From: Amoebidium appalachense
Lineage: Eukaryota; Protista; Ichthyosporea
Assembly: GCA_963693365.1 (NCBI GenBank)
Contig: CAVNZM010000012.1
Span: forward strand, 4,454,409 to 4,518,408
Length of the DNA stretch: 64,000 nt
Reading direction: 5' to 3'
The notes beneath the pieces were generated by a model. That model made no database searches. It was not told where the DNA came from and was given only the letters and a program-made list of their open reading frames with translations. Both the position numbers and the translations under genes were made by a program. Below are positions 1-35,826 of this stretch, piece by piece. The first letter of the stretch is position 1. Each line of letters begins with the position of its first letter.

Positions 1-34
1 TCCCCCCCCCCCTTCCCCCCCCTACAAGAAAAAT

Positions 35-72
<38 letters not shown>

Positions 73-153
73 GCGCGCGCGCACACACACACACACACAC
101 ATGTAATTCCCTCCCCCCTTTCACCCCCCGTCAACCCTGGCATCCACTTTCAG

Positions 154-21354
<21,201 letters not shown>

Positions 21355-22975
21355 CTGACTTTTGTGTGTTTGGGGCTGCTTTTTAGGGTTTGGGATTACA
21401 GAAAATGTATGCAAGATGGTATCTATACCATCACTACTAAACGGCCATATGATTTATGTAATGGTTTTGGTTCCTGTCACTCGTGATATTTAGATTAACT
21501 TTCAATAGATGAGTTGGAAATCGAAGACGTAAGTAATATTTGTGCTTCCACTATCAACACGTAGTATATGCCGGCTACGGCAAACGTACATTTAACCTAC
21601 AATTGATTGCGCACCACATTTTAACTTATAAATGGGTTGTGTTTTATGCTGTTTGTCGGGGAACCTCGTGTTATTATCAAGCCAGGGAAATAGAATCAGA
21701 AATATAAAATAGAGCACTCCATTGATTCAGAACAACTTTAAGAATCATTTAGACCCCCCTCCCCCCCCTCCCCCCCCCCCCCCCCCCTCCTCTTCCCCCT
21801 CTTCCCCCTCCGAGCGGCGAGCCCCCCCCACGATCCCGCTGAACTCAGGTGTTTGCTTCACAGTAATTGGCACGAAGTCTGCAGAGAATTTGGGCCCGGA
21901 TCTATTGATCCCTTGTGCGTGTACATGTGTGTTTGCCTGCATGAATGCACGAATGCATGTGTTTGTGCCAATGTTCAAGTTGCCACGGGTGCCCGTGTGT
22001 GTATGTATGCTTGGGGTGTACACGTGGGTGGGTGTCTCATATGCATGCAGTGTTTTTTTTTTGTGTATATATATTCGTGGTGTACAGACTGAGTGCATGC
22101 GAGCGTGCATATGATGTACTATATGTATCCCTCTATGTGTGGCGTGCGGCACTTGTGTGGCTGTGTATTTGTCGAACTATTTGGAAACTCTCGTGTGTCT
22201 GTGTTATAAGTGCGTGTTCGTGGGCTTGCGTGTGCGTCGTGTGCGTGTGTGGCCGGCACCACCATAGTTGTGTGTATGCACGAGTGTGTGAGTGGGTGGG
22301 TGGGTGGGGTTTGGGGGGGGGGGGGGGGGGGGGGGGGGGGATATCCGGGAGATATTCGTTGAATAACCTACATATATCACGGCCGATCGTTCCAATCCTC
22401 GTTGATATCTCTGAATTTATCGAGGAGTGCATGTGATGATGCTGTCCGGATCCGCGGTGGCCGTCGGTTTCAGTTTTTTTTTTGTTTTTTTGTTTCCATG
22501 AAGTTTTTTGTCCGCGGTCGAACCTGAGTTTCGTTGCAGCAGATCTTTGTGCCTAGGACTTCTGTTTTAAACAATTTTTCGTTTCGTGGCACCTAAGAGG
22601 ACACGATTGCGGCGCCACGCCTTTGTGCTTATGTGGTGACCAGGTTTTGCATCCTGTCCCACCCAAAGGTCCATTTTGAATCTTGCACCACCAGAATTAC
22701 CTTGTAAAGAAAACCGGTTTGTCTAAGCTCAGTTGCTCCTATACAGAAACCCTTGTTATTAAAGTTAATTTCAGTCCGTGATTGTCATCCAGCTAGCGCT
22801 TGTCGTGAATCTGACAACAGTCAGTGTACGAAATCTGACTCCAACCAACGTGGCACGGTGTGAATCAACCCTCGCCTAACACAAGGTCTCGTGCCTAAGT
22901 TGACCCCTACAATCAATTACAAAGCCGGCATTTTTCGGCATCTGTGCTTTCATATTGCCACAAGGCACCACGAAG

Positions 22976-23164
22976 ATGCGTGCTTTCCAGGATATAAAGT
23001 CGCAGCTGGAAGCGGCAGAGAAGGAACTGAAGGAATTGGACGATAAGTTGGGCCGTGCGGGCCCACTGCCACCAAGGAGGTGCGTGGAATACCATTCTCT
23101 CTTCTCTGTCTCTCTCTTTCTCTGTGTGTGTGTGTGTTTGTGTCTCTCTTCGTTTCTCTCTCTG

Positions 23165-23228
<64 letters not shown>

Positions 23229-23501
23229 GCTCTCCCTCTCCCTCTCCCTCTCCCCCCCCCTCTCTCTCCCTCCCATTCCCTCTCTCTATCTCTCTCCCAT
23301 TGAAATAGTCCTCTCTCTCCCCCCCCCCCCCCTCCCCCTCTCAACTCTCTCTCTCTCTCTCTCTCTCTCCCCGCCCCACTCTCCCACTTCCTCCCTCCCT
23401 CCGTCCCACCCACCCACACACACACTCTCTCTCCCTCCCTCTCTCTCTCACACACCCCCTCTCTCTCCCACCCCTCACCCCCCCCGCTCTCCTTGCATCC
23501 G

Positions 23502-23561
<60 letters not shown>

Positions 23562-25006
23562 TCCCTCCTTCCCCCATCTCCTTGCATCCCTGTTTTGTGG
23601 ATTGGTGTGCAAGTTTCTCCGTTATGTGTCTCTTTCTCTGTTTTCCTCTGATGAGTGTGTGCATATGTGTATGTGTGCCATCTACTTTTTCTTCTCTCTC
23701 CTGTCCACATGTGCTTGTGTGTGGTATTTGTGTGAATTTGTCGTGAAAGTTCAACCGTGTCCATTTTATCTCTCTAATGCCCTTGGCTCTCTTTGCCTCT
23801 CCATATCCCTTCCGCTCCTCAACTTCTCCCCCCCCCCCCCCCCCTCCCCCCCTCCTCCCCCCAAAATGGTGTTGTGCATTGTTGCAATGTGTACCGTAAT
23901 GAGGATTCCCCCCTCCCCCCCCCCCCCCGTTCTTCATGTTGCTTCCCCGTTCTCTCTCTCCTCTCCCTCTCTCTCTCTCCCTCTCTCTGCTCTCACTCTC
24001 AGAAATTCTGTTTTCTCCCCCCCTTTTTTTTTCTGGGGGGGGGGGGGGGGGGGGGCGGTCCCCAGACTCTCATCCCTTGCTTTGGCCGCCCAGTTTTCCA
24101 TAGCATCTGTGGACTCCTCTTGCCCAGCTCTCCTGCCTTGCACATTTGGCTTATGTTTGTATCTGGCTTACGTAACATCCCAGGGATGGGATGGTGCTTG
24201 TGGTGAGATAGAGCGGGGGGTGGGGGGTGGGGGGGAGTGGGAGGGCGAGGAACGGGGGGGGGGGGGGGGGGGGGGGGGGGAGGGGGAGGAGAAGAAGGGG
24301 GGGGGGGGGGGAAGGGGAAGGAAGGACCCATTGGCTGACGTATGTGTTGTGACACAGGGATGCACCGAGGGATTCGGTTGTGGGAAAGCGCAGAATCTCC
24401 GACCGAGAGGACAGGTATGTGCTTTGTTTACATTACCCCCCGCACCTCTCCCCGTTACCCCCTGTTCATCCTCTCATGCCTTGGCGTGCGTCTACCCCTC
24501 CCCCCTCCTCCTCCTCTCCTCGTGCCCCACCCCTTCCCCACCCCAACACACACACACACACAGACACACAGACACACACACACCTGCGCGGGCACACGCA
24601 CTCACGCACGCACAGACACACACACATGCGCGCGCGCGCGCACACGCACACACACACATTCACCCCCTGTCCTTGGATTCCCCCGGTTTGGGTAGTTTTC
24701 TCCTGCAAAGACTTTGTCTAATGTGCCTTTTTATAAACACGATTCCCCACGTACCCGCTTTCTCAGCCTGCACTCATCACTCCATCTCGCACACATCTCT
24801 TGCCTTTACTTGTCGCTCTACTTCCCTCCTGCACACGGAATGTGTTTAATTTGCACACAACTCTCTGCACAATTTCCTTTTTCTGTGCACGATACTGTCT
24901 CGGTACCGTTTCTTTAAGTGCACCTGTGCAATTCCTTCCATCTACCCCCTTCTCCTCCCCCTCCCGTCCCCTGCCCCCCCACCCCATCCCCACCCCTCTC
25001 TCTCTC

Positions 25007-25039
<33 letters not shown>

Positions 25040-25274
25040 CCCCCCGCTCTTTTCCACCCAACAAACCAAAGAAAAGTGCCATTGGAATACTGACAGTTCT
25101 ACTTTCCAAACAGGGGGAACAGGTGGGAAGGGCCTCCGGCAAAGCGCTTTTTGGTGAGTGAAAGATTATTTTGGCTGCTGTGGGTGTGTGGGGGGAGGGG
25201 GGGGGAGAGGGGGGGGGCTTTCTGCTTTCGAGACCAGGGCTGCCTTTGCTTTCCTGTTTGATGAGCTGATGCAT

Positions 25275-25315
<41 letters not shown>

Positions 25316-25431
25316 AAAAAAAAAAAAAGAAAGAAACACCTGTTTCCACTCACCTTTTCCTCCGATCATCGCCACCACCAAACATACACAACAACAACCC
25401 TCTGCCTTCCTTTCACCAGCTTATATCGATT

Positions 25432-25462
<31 letters not shown>

Positions 25463-27170
25463 TCCTCCCCTCTTCCCCCTCCTCCCCACCCCCTTCCCCC
25501 CTCTCTCTCCCCCTCCCCTCCCCGCTCTCCCCCTGCCCTCCCCCCCTCCCCCCCCCCCCTCACCCCCCCCCCTCCCCTCCCCTACTCATGTTCAAGTGAA
25601 ACAGTATGTGAGTTGGGTTTCGTTAACGAGGGGAATAGGTCGAAACTCGGGTACTGTGGATGACGTGGGCCCCCCCTGAGGATGGGCTCTGCTTATTATG
25701 CATACTCTTTATGTATGGCTTGCATTCTGCATCGTGTTATCCGTTTGTTCTTGTGTACTTCGTACTTTTTAACGCATTCAAAACCCCCCCTCCCCTCCCT
25801 CCCCTTCTCTATAGGTTAGGGAGTCGGGGAGCTTTGTAGAAGCCCGGCTTATGCTCTATCTCTCTGCTTGCTTTCTTTTTTTTTTTTGTCTGCTTACAGA
25901 TTTTGTAGACTCTGCGTTCTTAGGTTGCTGGTCCTTGAACAACCCTGCTCGTCTTTGGCCAAGACGGGTGGACTCGCCTATTGCAGTTGAAACAAAGTAT
26001 GGGTTGGGAACCACGCGCGAGAGGTTAAAGAGTCGAAACCCATGCTTTTGTGGAGGCATAGGAAACCCCCTGATGATGGGCTCTGTTCAAGTGTCTTCTG
26101 CCTGCGCGCTTAAATTGCTTGATTTTGGATTTCCCACCTTTGTGACGCTTTGTTGTTGCTCTTTGTTGTCTCCTCCATATTTCCAACCCTCTAACGCATA
26201 CATCCCCCCCCCCCCCCCCCCCCCCCCCCTTTGCATGTGTCCTGCACCATGCTTCTCGTCGTGTATGCGTACTTCGTACCGTGTTCCGCATTCAAACCCC
26301 CCCCCCCCCCCCCCCCCCTCCCCTTCCACACACACACACACTCATACTCACACTCAGGCAGACAGACACACACACAACCACCACTACTACCACCATTCAC
26401 CCACCCATCTCCGCGGCTCCTTCTTCTTTTTGTGTTTTTGGGGATCATTTTTCTATTCGCCGGTATACTTCTGTATTCATGAACCACCATTCACTAATGC
26501 ATACTCACCCCCGTCACCCCCCCCCCCCCCCCCCCTTCCCTCCAACCCTTTTCCCCAATTTCTTCCGATTGCTTCCCTCCCACTTTTCTATAAACAGGAC
26601 GACGGACCACGGGGTAGAGGGAGACCCGAAAACGATTTTGGAAGGGAAGGACGTGATCCTTGGGGAAGCACGCGGAGGAGGGAGGTGGGGAATGGGGGGG
26701 GCAGAGACGTAGAGGACAGGCTGGGGGGAGGGTACCGGGGGGACGGGCGGAGAGGAGGGAGAGTCAGAGGGGAGAGGCGGAGAGGGAAGAGGGAGAATTT
26801 GACGACCAAAGCTCAGAGAAGGTACAACACCCCCCTTCCCCCCCCCCCAAACACACACACACTCACAAACACACCGTGCCTTTCTTTTTCCTTCTCTACT
26901 CCCTTCCCTCCCGCGCCCCCCCCCCCCCCCCCCCCCCCTCCCCTCCCCTCAATATACCCTCTTGACCCGCTTACGATGACCTCTAGGTGCTTTTCGCTCT
27001 TCACGGCCGTGAAACCTTGATACGCTTGTTCTCTTTTGTTTAAGTTCATTTCCTCTTTGTTTATCTTCGTGTGTACTTTTGGCCCACATGAGCAAAACAT
27101 TTCGTGTTAGTAATATGCACTGTCTCCCCCCCCCCTCCCCCCTCCTTCTCCAACAGCGGCCACCACCACC

Positions 27171-27251
<81 letters not shown>

Positions 27252-27353
27252 CCGTCGGGGTCATCCACAGCCAGTGGGCCTGCACGAAGAGTCAGCGCAG
27301 GGGCAAGGGGTGGAGTCGACACTGCCAGACACAAGTATGCACATTAGTTCTTT

Positions 27354-27384
<31 letters not shown>

Positions 27385-27977
27385 GGGGGGTTGTTCGTGT
27401 GTGTGTGTGTGTGTGGGTGTGTGGGTGTGTGGGTGTGTGTGTGTGTGTGTGTGTTTGCATTTGTGTTTGCGTTTGCGTGTGCGTCTATGTTTTCGTGTGT
27501 GCTTGTGCATGTGAGTGTTTGGGAGTAGGGTAAATGCAAGTCTGCAACCTTTGGCTCTAATTCAGGCACACCCGTCAATGGTGTGCGTCATAACCGATAT
27601 GTCGTGTGCGCACTCCTGCAATCTGTAAGTTGACATACCCGCATATGCGTATTCAGATGCCGAAAGTATCATATTGTGGTATATGTTTCTTGGGGTTTTT
27701 TTTCTTTTGTCGAGAATTGTCTTCGGATATACTTGTGTGTGTGTGTGTTGGTGTGTATGTGGTGGTTGTGGTGGTGGGTGGGTGGGTGGGTGTTGTGGTG
27801 GGGAGGGCAGGGGGAGGGGGCGGGAGAGAATGGAAATCCCAAGAAGGCGACCTTTTTGTCTGACCTCCCCCCCCCCCACCCCCCCCCTTTCTCCGCCAGG
27901 CGCATGTTCGGGGCACTTCTTGGCACACTCAAGACCTTCCAAAAAGACATCCAAAAAGATACACAAGTCGTACGTAC

Positions 27978-28009
<32 letters not shown>

Positions 28010-28318
28010 ACTCTTTCCTGACCAATTCCATTTTCCCGGGGTTTATAAGTTATCTGTGGATGGTTTATGCTCCATATCTTCCTCCCCCCCCTTCTCTCCC
28101 CGCCCGCCTCCTCCTCTTCCCCCTTGTTACTGGTACAACCACACATGCGCGCGCACACACATACACACACACACACACACACACCAAAAGAAAGAAAGGA
28201 AGGAAGAAAGAAAGAAAGAAGAAGAGAAGAAAATCATGCATACTCGGTGTGTCTTGCAATCGGCATTCTTTTGTCCTTCGTGAATGTGTACTCCGTACTC
28301 TGTAACAGATTCCACCCT

Positions 28319-28357
<39 letters not shown>

Positions 28358-28711
28358 CTGCTTCCCCTTCGGGTCGCTGGGTCGCCAGCATGTAGTGCTT
28401 GCATGAACTTTGATGCCAATGAGTGAATGGAAAACCTATGCAGCATCAAAAGAAAACATAATTTACACATAGTTATGCTTTGTGCTTATCCTAATGATTC
28501 CTGCTGACTGTTTGTTTGCTGGACAGGAGGAGAAGCGGAAGAGCATTCAACAGAAGATTGCCGAAAGAGTGCAGAAGGAAAACGAGGATGGTGAGACATT
28601 CCTCCTCCCCCCCCCCCACCCCATCCCCACCCCCCACGCCCCCTCCCCCTCCTTTCCCTTCCTTCAAAACACACACTGGCCACACACCACACACACAAAC
28701 GTGCGCGCACG

Positions 28712-28773
<62 letters not shown>

Positions 28774-29302
28774 GCACTTGTTTGCCATAGCATCGTATTT
28801 CTTGTTGTCATGTTACTCTCTACTATGTATCACTGCAGCCCCCCCCCCCCCCCCCCCCCCCCCTTCCGACTGGCCTTTCCTTCAAAAAAAAAAAAGAGGG
28901 GGGGGGGGAGGAGGGGTAGACACAGGCACACGTGCTCACGAACACACGGACACACATTCGTGCCAGCCCAAACACAACCACCCCACTTTCCGGCATGTGC
29001 AACCACAATGCATATCCACATATCCAGCAGCATCATTGTGACCCTGCGCGGTATGCCTCCCCCCCCCTCCCCCCCCCCCCCCCAAAAAAAAAAAAAAAAA
29101 AAAAAAAAAAAACAAAAAAAACAAAAAAAAACACGCACACGCGGCACACACACACACACACACTAACACTAACACTAACCGCTGGTTCCGCCCAGCTGCT
29201 GCGCAACGCAAGCGGCTGATTGAAGAGAAAAAGGCAAAACTTGACCAGCTCAAAAAGCTCAAAGACGAACTGGCCATGGCTAAAAACGTATGTTTACCGA
29301 CC

Positions 29303-29333
<31 letters not shown>

Positions 29334-29608
29334 AAAAAAAAAAAAAAAAAAGAATAAGAAAAAGAACAGAAAAGAAATAAATCTCTATTCCCCCTCCCAA
29401 AATTCATTATTTTGCCCTTTTTTGTGGTCACTCTCCTCAAGCACGCACACGAGAGTGGTGTTGTTGGATGCGAGAGGCACAGTGATATCCCTCGCAGTTA
29501 GGCGCTGGCACATGCACGACAGGAACGACGCATGTGCGGGCGCACGTGCACGCACAATGTGCACACACCCGCACGCGGCACACACACACACTCACACACA
29601 CACACACA

Positions 29609-29669
<61 letters not shown>

Positions 29670-30020
29670 CACCTGCACCCGCACCCGCATCCACACCCGC
29701 GCACACGCACACGCACACGCATGCACAAGACAGAGGAGGAAGAGAGAGAAAGGAGAGGGAGAGGGAGGGAGGGAGGGGAATGGGGGGCGGGACAGGGAGG
29801 AAGGGATGGGGAGAGGGGGAAGAGAGGGGGGGGGGGGTGAGACCACAGGCGAGGTGCTATTCCAGCGGACCAGCACACCTTGATTCTGAGTGTTCCTTGC
29901 TGCTTCGTTTGTTTGTTGTGTACATGGGCCACACGGAAACAGACACACAGACACACTCGTTATCTTGCTCTCTTGCCCTGTCTGTGTGTCTTCTATTTCT
30001 GTCACTTATCTCTCTCTCTC

Positions 30021-30053
<33 letters not shown>

Positions 30054-30882
30054 TTCCTCCCCTCCCCCCCCCCCCCCCACCCTCTTCCCTCCTCCTCCCC
30101 CCCCCCCCCCCCCCTCTCTCCCTTCTCTCTCCTCTTCCCCCCCCCCCCCCCCCCCCCACCCACCCACCCACCCTCCTTCCCTTCTCCTCTTTCTTCTTCC
30201 TTTTTGTTGTTGAACCGGAGCCAATAAACAAAAGAAGACTGCTTAACAGTAGAGACAAAGAATAGAGAGGTGGGGGGAGGGGGGTGGGGGAAGGGGGGAG
30301 GAGGGGGGGGAAGGGGGGAGGATATACCCAACTGTAACCTGTAAACCGAGCCAAAACCGTCTATCTCCCCATACATGTAGCCGAGTGTAGCCTAAAAACC
30401 TAACAACCGCTTCTGCCACACAGCATAAACAGTTTGTGCAGCACAACCGTGGTCTTGCAAACTTCATCCAAACCAAAGCCGAGCCCTTCATTTTCTACCT
30501 CCCGGCCAAACTCAACGACCAGACACGTGCGCTTCTAGAAGAGACCAGAAAGAAAATCCACGAGAAGTATCCAGAGGTCGAGAGCGGGGATGATTTGGGC
30601 AAGGAGAGCGATCATGAGGATAATGACGTGGGTGACCTGCCTAAACAGGAAGGTGGTGACGATGCAGCGGCTGCTGGCGATGAGAGAAATGAGAAGAGGG
30701 AGGGGAAGGAGGAGGATGGGGATAAGTCGGATTCGGAGATCAGGGTAGTGCTGAAGACGAGCAGCCTGGATGAAGAACAGGAGAATGAGGGGCACGGGAC
30801 GGTGAAGTTTAAGACGGATGGGCTGGACAGTGAAGAGGACAAAGGTGGGGAGGATGATGTGGCCGAGCTACACGAGGACTGA
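22976..30882 (+). CDS. PNN: Pinin (SDK3/memA), exon-junction-complex/PSAP-associated splicing factor
   Basis: Exons 22976-23079, 24358-24414, 25114-25153, 26598-26684, 27252-27334, 27900-27969, 28527-28590, 29196-29287, 30424-30882, all GT-AG and phase-consistent. N-terminal coiled coil [25 protein letters not shown], pinin motifs [15 protein letters not shown] and [15 protein letters not shown], acidic C-terminal tail. Confidence 0.9.
25622..25790 (+). mobile_element. Dispersed intronic repeat family A, longest pinin copy (SINE-like or ncRNA-like)
   Basis: GGTCGAAACTCGGGTACTGTGGATGACGTGGGCCCCCCCTGAGGATGGGCTCTGCTTATTATGCATACTC...GTACTTCGTACTTTTTAACGCATTCAAAA then poly-C; clearly homologous to the reverse complement of 47161-47350. 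Confidence 0.75.
26025..26296 (+). mobile_element. Two tandem family A copies separated by poly-C
   Basis: 26025-26203 (GTCGAAACC..CCCTGATGATGGGCTCTG..CCAACCCTCTAACGCATACAT+polyC) and 26230-26296, which is nearly identical to the reverse complement of 47160-47229. Confidence 0.75.
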
Positions 30883-30951
30883 GTGTGAGTTTGGTGTGGG
30901 AGAATAGCGTGCAAGAAGGTGGGGGTGTTTACACGTGTTAGAGCTGGTATT

Positions 30952-31023
30952 TGTATGCACCAGCAGTTTTTTTTCTACTTTCTGATTTATGCACCAGCAG
31001 TTTTTTTCTACTTTCTGATTTAT
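30952..31023. repeat. Perfect ~34-bp tandem duplication in the pinin 3' UTR
   Basis: TATGCACCAGCAGTTTTTTTCTACTTTCTGATT appears twice. Confidence 0.85.
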
Positions 31024-32291
31024 TGCAAAAAACAGAGCGAAACTTCAAGGTGTAGAAGAGCTTTGTCTGCAGTTTGCCTCCGTGAGCCCCTTCTTTGTTA
31101 GTTTTCTTGCTTTTGAAAACTTGGAGAGAAGAAGGGAGAGCACACAGCGAGGAAAACAATGGGAAGGGAGAAGGGAGGGGGAGGGGGGGGGGGGGGGGGG
31201 TTTGACATGGTACACTTGCAGGTGACTTGCTTGACGTTTTATTTTATGTTTTGTAGTTACTGGGCATGCAATCTTGAAAGCACAAGTTTGTACAAGCACA
31301 GACAGGCAAACAAGGTTGCACAAGGGTACATGACCTCAATATGCACAAACTCTCGAGTCACATCTTGAAGTTGTTGAAAATGAAGTGCCTTGTTTTTTTT
31401 TAACGGGGGAGGGAGAGGGAGAGGGAAGGGGGGGGGGGGGGGTAACATGCTTTCTTGCTGGTTGAAGAGCAAGGCCTCTTGAAGGACTTGCTGGAGAGAG
31501 AGGGGGGGAGGGGGGGGGGGGGAGGGGGGGGGCATGTTTGAGGTGACCCTTTTTGAATTGCCGGGCGACCAGCCCGGAGAAATTGAAGGTTTTGCATGTT
31601 ATCCCGGACAAAGTAAACGGCGAGCTCAAATCTAGTGCAGACTTCAGGTTACAGGGAAAGTTTTCCATATAATAAATAATGGTTGACGGTGCTATATTAT
31701 TACTAACAGGTACTTTCTTTTCCTATACGTTTGATTTAAATTCATACACGAGATTGAAACATACAAATCAATATGACTGCAAGGGAAACGCGTGAATTTT
31801 GTTGGGCATGTACACAAATTTTCGAATCCTCCTCCCCCCCTCCCCCCCACCCCCCCCACCCCCTCCCACAGAACACATGCTGAGGTGTGCTAAGCTTAAG
31901 CGACATACTCAGGATTAGTCCCAGAATAATTGTTCCATGAGAAGAATACTGTGAATACTCCAACATCCTAGAATACCAACGAATCTCGAGGCTGGGGAAG
32001 ATATTAGGTGCGAGAATTTTCATTTCGGACTTTTCTTTAGTCCCCCCTTCCCCCCCCCCCCCCCCCCCCCCTTTTTTTTTGTTTTTTGTTTTTTTTTCCC
32101 CTCCCTTTAACTCCTACATGCGCTGTAGGCAGCTTACCATTGTTTGCAAGAGAGCTGTTTCTGTAGATCAAGTTCGAAGGCGGGAGTGGGTGGGTGGGTG
32201 GATGGTGGATGCCATGGCTTGTGCGTGTGTTTGTATGTGCGCGCATGGATGGAGTGAGTTGTCTGTGTGTGCGTGTTTGTGTGTGTGTGTG

Positions 32292-32323
<32 letters not shown>

Positions 32324-32793
32324 GGAACTGCGCCCGGGGGTGGGGGGATGTAATTTGGTAAGGCAGGCGTCACCCAAGACGTCTTAAAAAAGTTTAAAAA
32401 AGTCCTGGATTTATTTTCAGTACGAATCATACGAATTCATACATGTACTACTAAGTTGTGGCACGGGGGGCTGGCAGAAGGAGAGAGCAATCTATATAAA
32501 GTAACAATGAACTATTGGTAGTATATTGTATGAGATGCACACTCGTTCGAACATGCCCCGGCGTATCACACGTGTGTGTGTGTGTGTGTGTGCACGCGCG
32601 CGCGTTCAATGGGGGGGGGGGGGAGGGGGAGTATTTGGGAAGAAAGAGGGGGGAGGGGGGGGGGGGGGGGGGGGGGGGGAGGGAGGGGGAGGGGGGGGGG
32701 GGGGGAGGGGGAGAGCTGTGTGTGGTGCTTGTGTGTGTTAATCCCGATATATTTCTGTGCCTTTTTTTGGGCCGGAGGGGGGGGGGGGGAAGA

Positions 32794-32827
<34 letters not shown>

Positions 32828-33624
32828 CATCGAACTGAATGATATCTGTCTAAAGTCACGTTACGGGAGAGGAGGGGCGGGGTTCCTATATTTTATATGA
32901 GCAATAATGTCCCTAATACCGTGCTATGTAAGGGATTCTTGATTTTGAAACGGGGAGGGGGGTAGTAGCTAAGTTAGGGGGGGGGGGGGGGGGGGAGAGA
33001 CCCACCCACCCCCTTGGATAGGCGGGTCCACCCCCCTCCCCCCGAGGGGGGGGAGGGACCCACCACCCCTCCGGCTAGCAGGGGGAGGGGGGGGGGGGGG
33101 GGGGGGGGCACCCACCCCATAGGCTGCATTGCGTTATATGGCTATACCAGATAACTGATGATATAATAGTATTTTAAACCGTAATAACATTGAGGCTAAC
33201 TAATAGAAGTCACTATTGATCACCTGAAACTCAGGCTATGTCGTAAGATCATACTACCCCCCCCCCCCCCCCTCCCCCCGCTCGGTCCCCCCTGTCCCCC
33301 CCCCCCCCCCCCCCATACCTCCCCCCCCCCCCCCCCCCCCCCTTCCCCCTCTCACACTCGTCTCCAGTCGCCCCGCTGCGCACACACACAGCACACACTT
33401 TTACGTATTCAATTCACACGTACCTGCACACGCATGTACCACACACGGACACGAGGGCACAAACTTTGACCAGCGATGAGCACCCGACATCAGTGAACAT
33501 GCAGATACACTCACCGGCGGCCACACCACACACACATACATTCCCGGCCACAGATACACACACGAACACTGCATATTGAGCCGGATAACTTTGCCCACAA
33601 TACTAACTTAATAATTGTTGACCG

Positions 33625-33663
<39 letters not shown>

Positions 33664-33722
33664 TGTGTGTGCGTACGTGCCCATGTGCACATGCATGTAC
33701 TTGTGTGGTAAACGAGCAGGGT

Positions 33723-33765
<43 letters not shown>

Positions 33766-34019
33766 AGGGGGGGGGGAGTCGGGTCGTTCAACCAAAATGT
33801 TATGGAGCATTTTATATTTATGGTACACATTTGCCCTGGACAACACAAAGTAGACCTTGCAAAGAACACACAATGAGTGTGCATCCGGAAGAAGAAGGGC
33901 ACCAGCAGTAAGGGGTGGTAAATGTGTGTGTGTGTGTGTGTATGTCTTTGTGTGTGCATGTCACGGTGTGTGTGTGTGGGTGGGTGGGTGGGTGGGTGGG
34001 TGTGTTTGGTGTGAGTGTG

Positions 34020-34068
<49 letters not shown>

Positions 34069-34129
34069 CAGCGTGCGCGTGTGGTGCTTGTGTGGTGCTT
34101 GTGTATGTATGTGCACGTGGGGGGAGGAG

Positions 34130-34164
<35 letters not shown>

Positions 34165-34323
34165 GCAGGGGGAAGAAGGGGGGGGGGGGGGGGGGGGATG
34201 GGGGGGATGTGCATCAGTCACTGTGGCCAAAACGGGAGCAATTCCTCCGAAAAAAAGAAAAAAGTATCGACTACATGTACAAAGTTTGTGGATAGAAAAG
34301 TGACATGATCACGCGCATGGGCG

Positions 34324-34367
<44 letters not shown>

Positions 34368-35826
34368 CCACCCACCCCTGCGGGGGGTGGGTGGGTCCCC
34401 CCCCCCCCCCCCTCCGGGGGGGAAGGGGGTACCACCAGGGCGGACGTCGATATTAACTACTCCCCCCCCCCCCCCACCACCATTCTCAAATCCAAAAATC
34501 CCTAAGCCTTTTGAGTGTTTCTTGTATGGTCATCATGCAAATCAGGAGATGATGGGGGGTTACAAGTGATGGGGTAAAAACGGGAGGAGGAATTGGCCCG
34601 AAAACAACTTTACTAGGCGGAGGGGGGAGGGGGGAGGGGGGGCTCGGTGCGGAGAACGTTGCATCTTGCAGCTAGGTGCAGGTGTGTGGGATGAGATGCA
34701 GAGCTCGAGGGGGGGGGGGGCCCTGGGACCAACGAAAAGCAAAGCGAATGGCGTCACACACTGATGGCTAGCGATAAATTAATAATGACGAATCGTCGCC
34801 AAATGCGGCTATTACTACCTAATGGTGATTAGCTGCATATCATGGTTGGGGTCTGCGGCTAAATGCCGTTCGGGCAAGCCAATTAAACGAAGGGTGCTTT
34901 GTTGCTGCTTCGCTCAATTGGACCATTTTACATACTTAAAACCGTGTGATTTGCATCTAATTATAAGCTGTACAATTTTCGTTTGTTCCCATTTTATCTA
35001 TAGATGGTAAACTCGCTAAAGTTTGAACCAATCACAGCATGTATGTTGGATATCTCTAGGTGTGATCAGTGTACACAGAGCTGAGTAGAGTGGCTCAGGC
35101 TCAGTTCCCAGAAGAGTGCCCAGCCCACACGCGGCCGCAAAAACGCAGCGTTTCCTTTGTTTTGTCGCAACATTCTTAGCCCAAATCTGCAACGCAAAAC
35201 CACAAGTTTCTTTGCTTGCTCTCCTTGTTGCGATGTATATTTCCTTTTCATTGCTGTTATTTTCACCTAATAAACAACCATAACGTGCATTAGGGGGTTT
35301 GGCTGTACATACGTCATCAACCCCCGCTTCCCACAAATACTAGCTTTCTCTACGCAACCTTGTGCATTCAAGCGGCTTTTCAAGTTGTTTGTTTTTTGGC
35401 GAGGCCTGTTTTAGGGTCTCGACTCCGCTGCCCTTTTGGAATTCTGTGGGGTGGCGTTCTCCTTCCTCGAGGTCCTTTCAGCCGAGAGGAGCAGCGCCAC
35501 ACCCACCTTCAGAGATCGCTCAAGGAGACCTGTACATTTTATTTTGTTTTTTTGAGTCACGAACCAGGACGGGGTGTCTGCACATACAAGCAATAACGTG
35601 TATATAATTTTCTTGGAGAATCTCGGCTTCTTGGCACCGGCAAACCTCAACCAGCAAGCAACTTGTAAATAAAAGACAATTAGGTAATGTTGCAAGGCTT
35701 CTACCTCCTCGCCTACGAATGTGCCTGTCAGTCAAACTTTGTTGAGTACTTGTTTGCAAATGTTTGTCTGGTATTTAGCTAACAAACCGCGCCTTTGCTC
35801 TACAGTTTCTACTGCAAGGATTCATC

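Noticed and set aside
25635-25655. GAGTTTCGACC (reverse strand) as a tRNA B-box, implying a tRNA gene
   Set aside because: No cloverleaf or properly spaced A-box is evident; at most a hint of SINE ancestry for family A.
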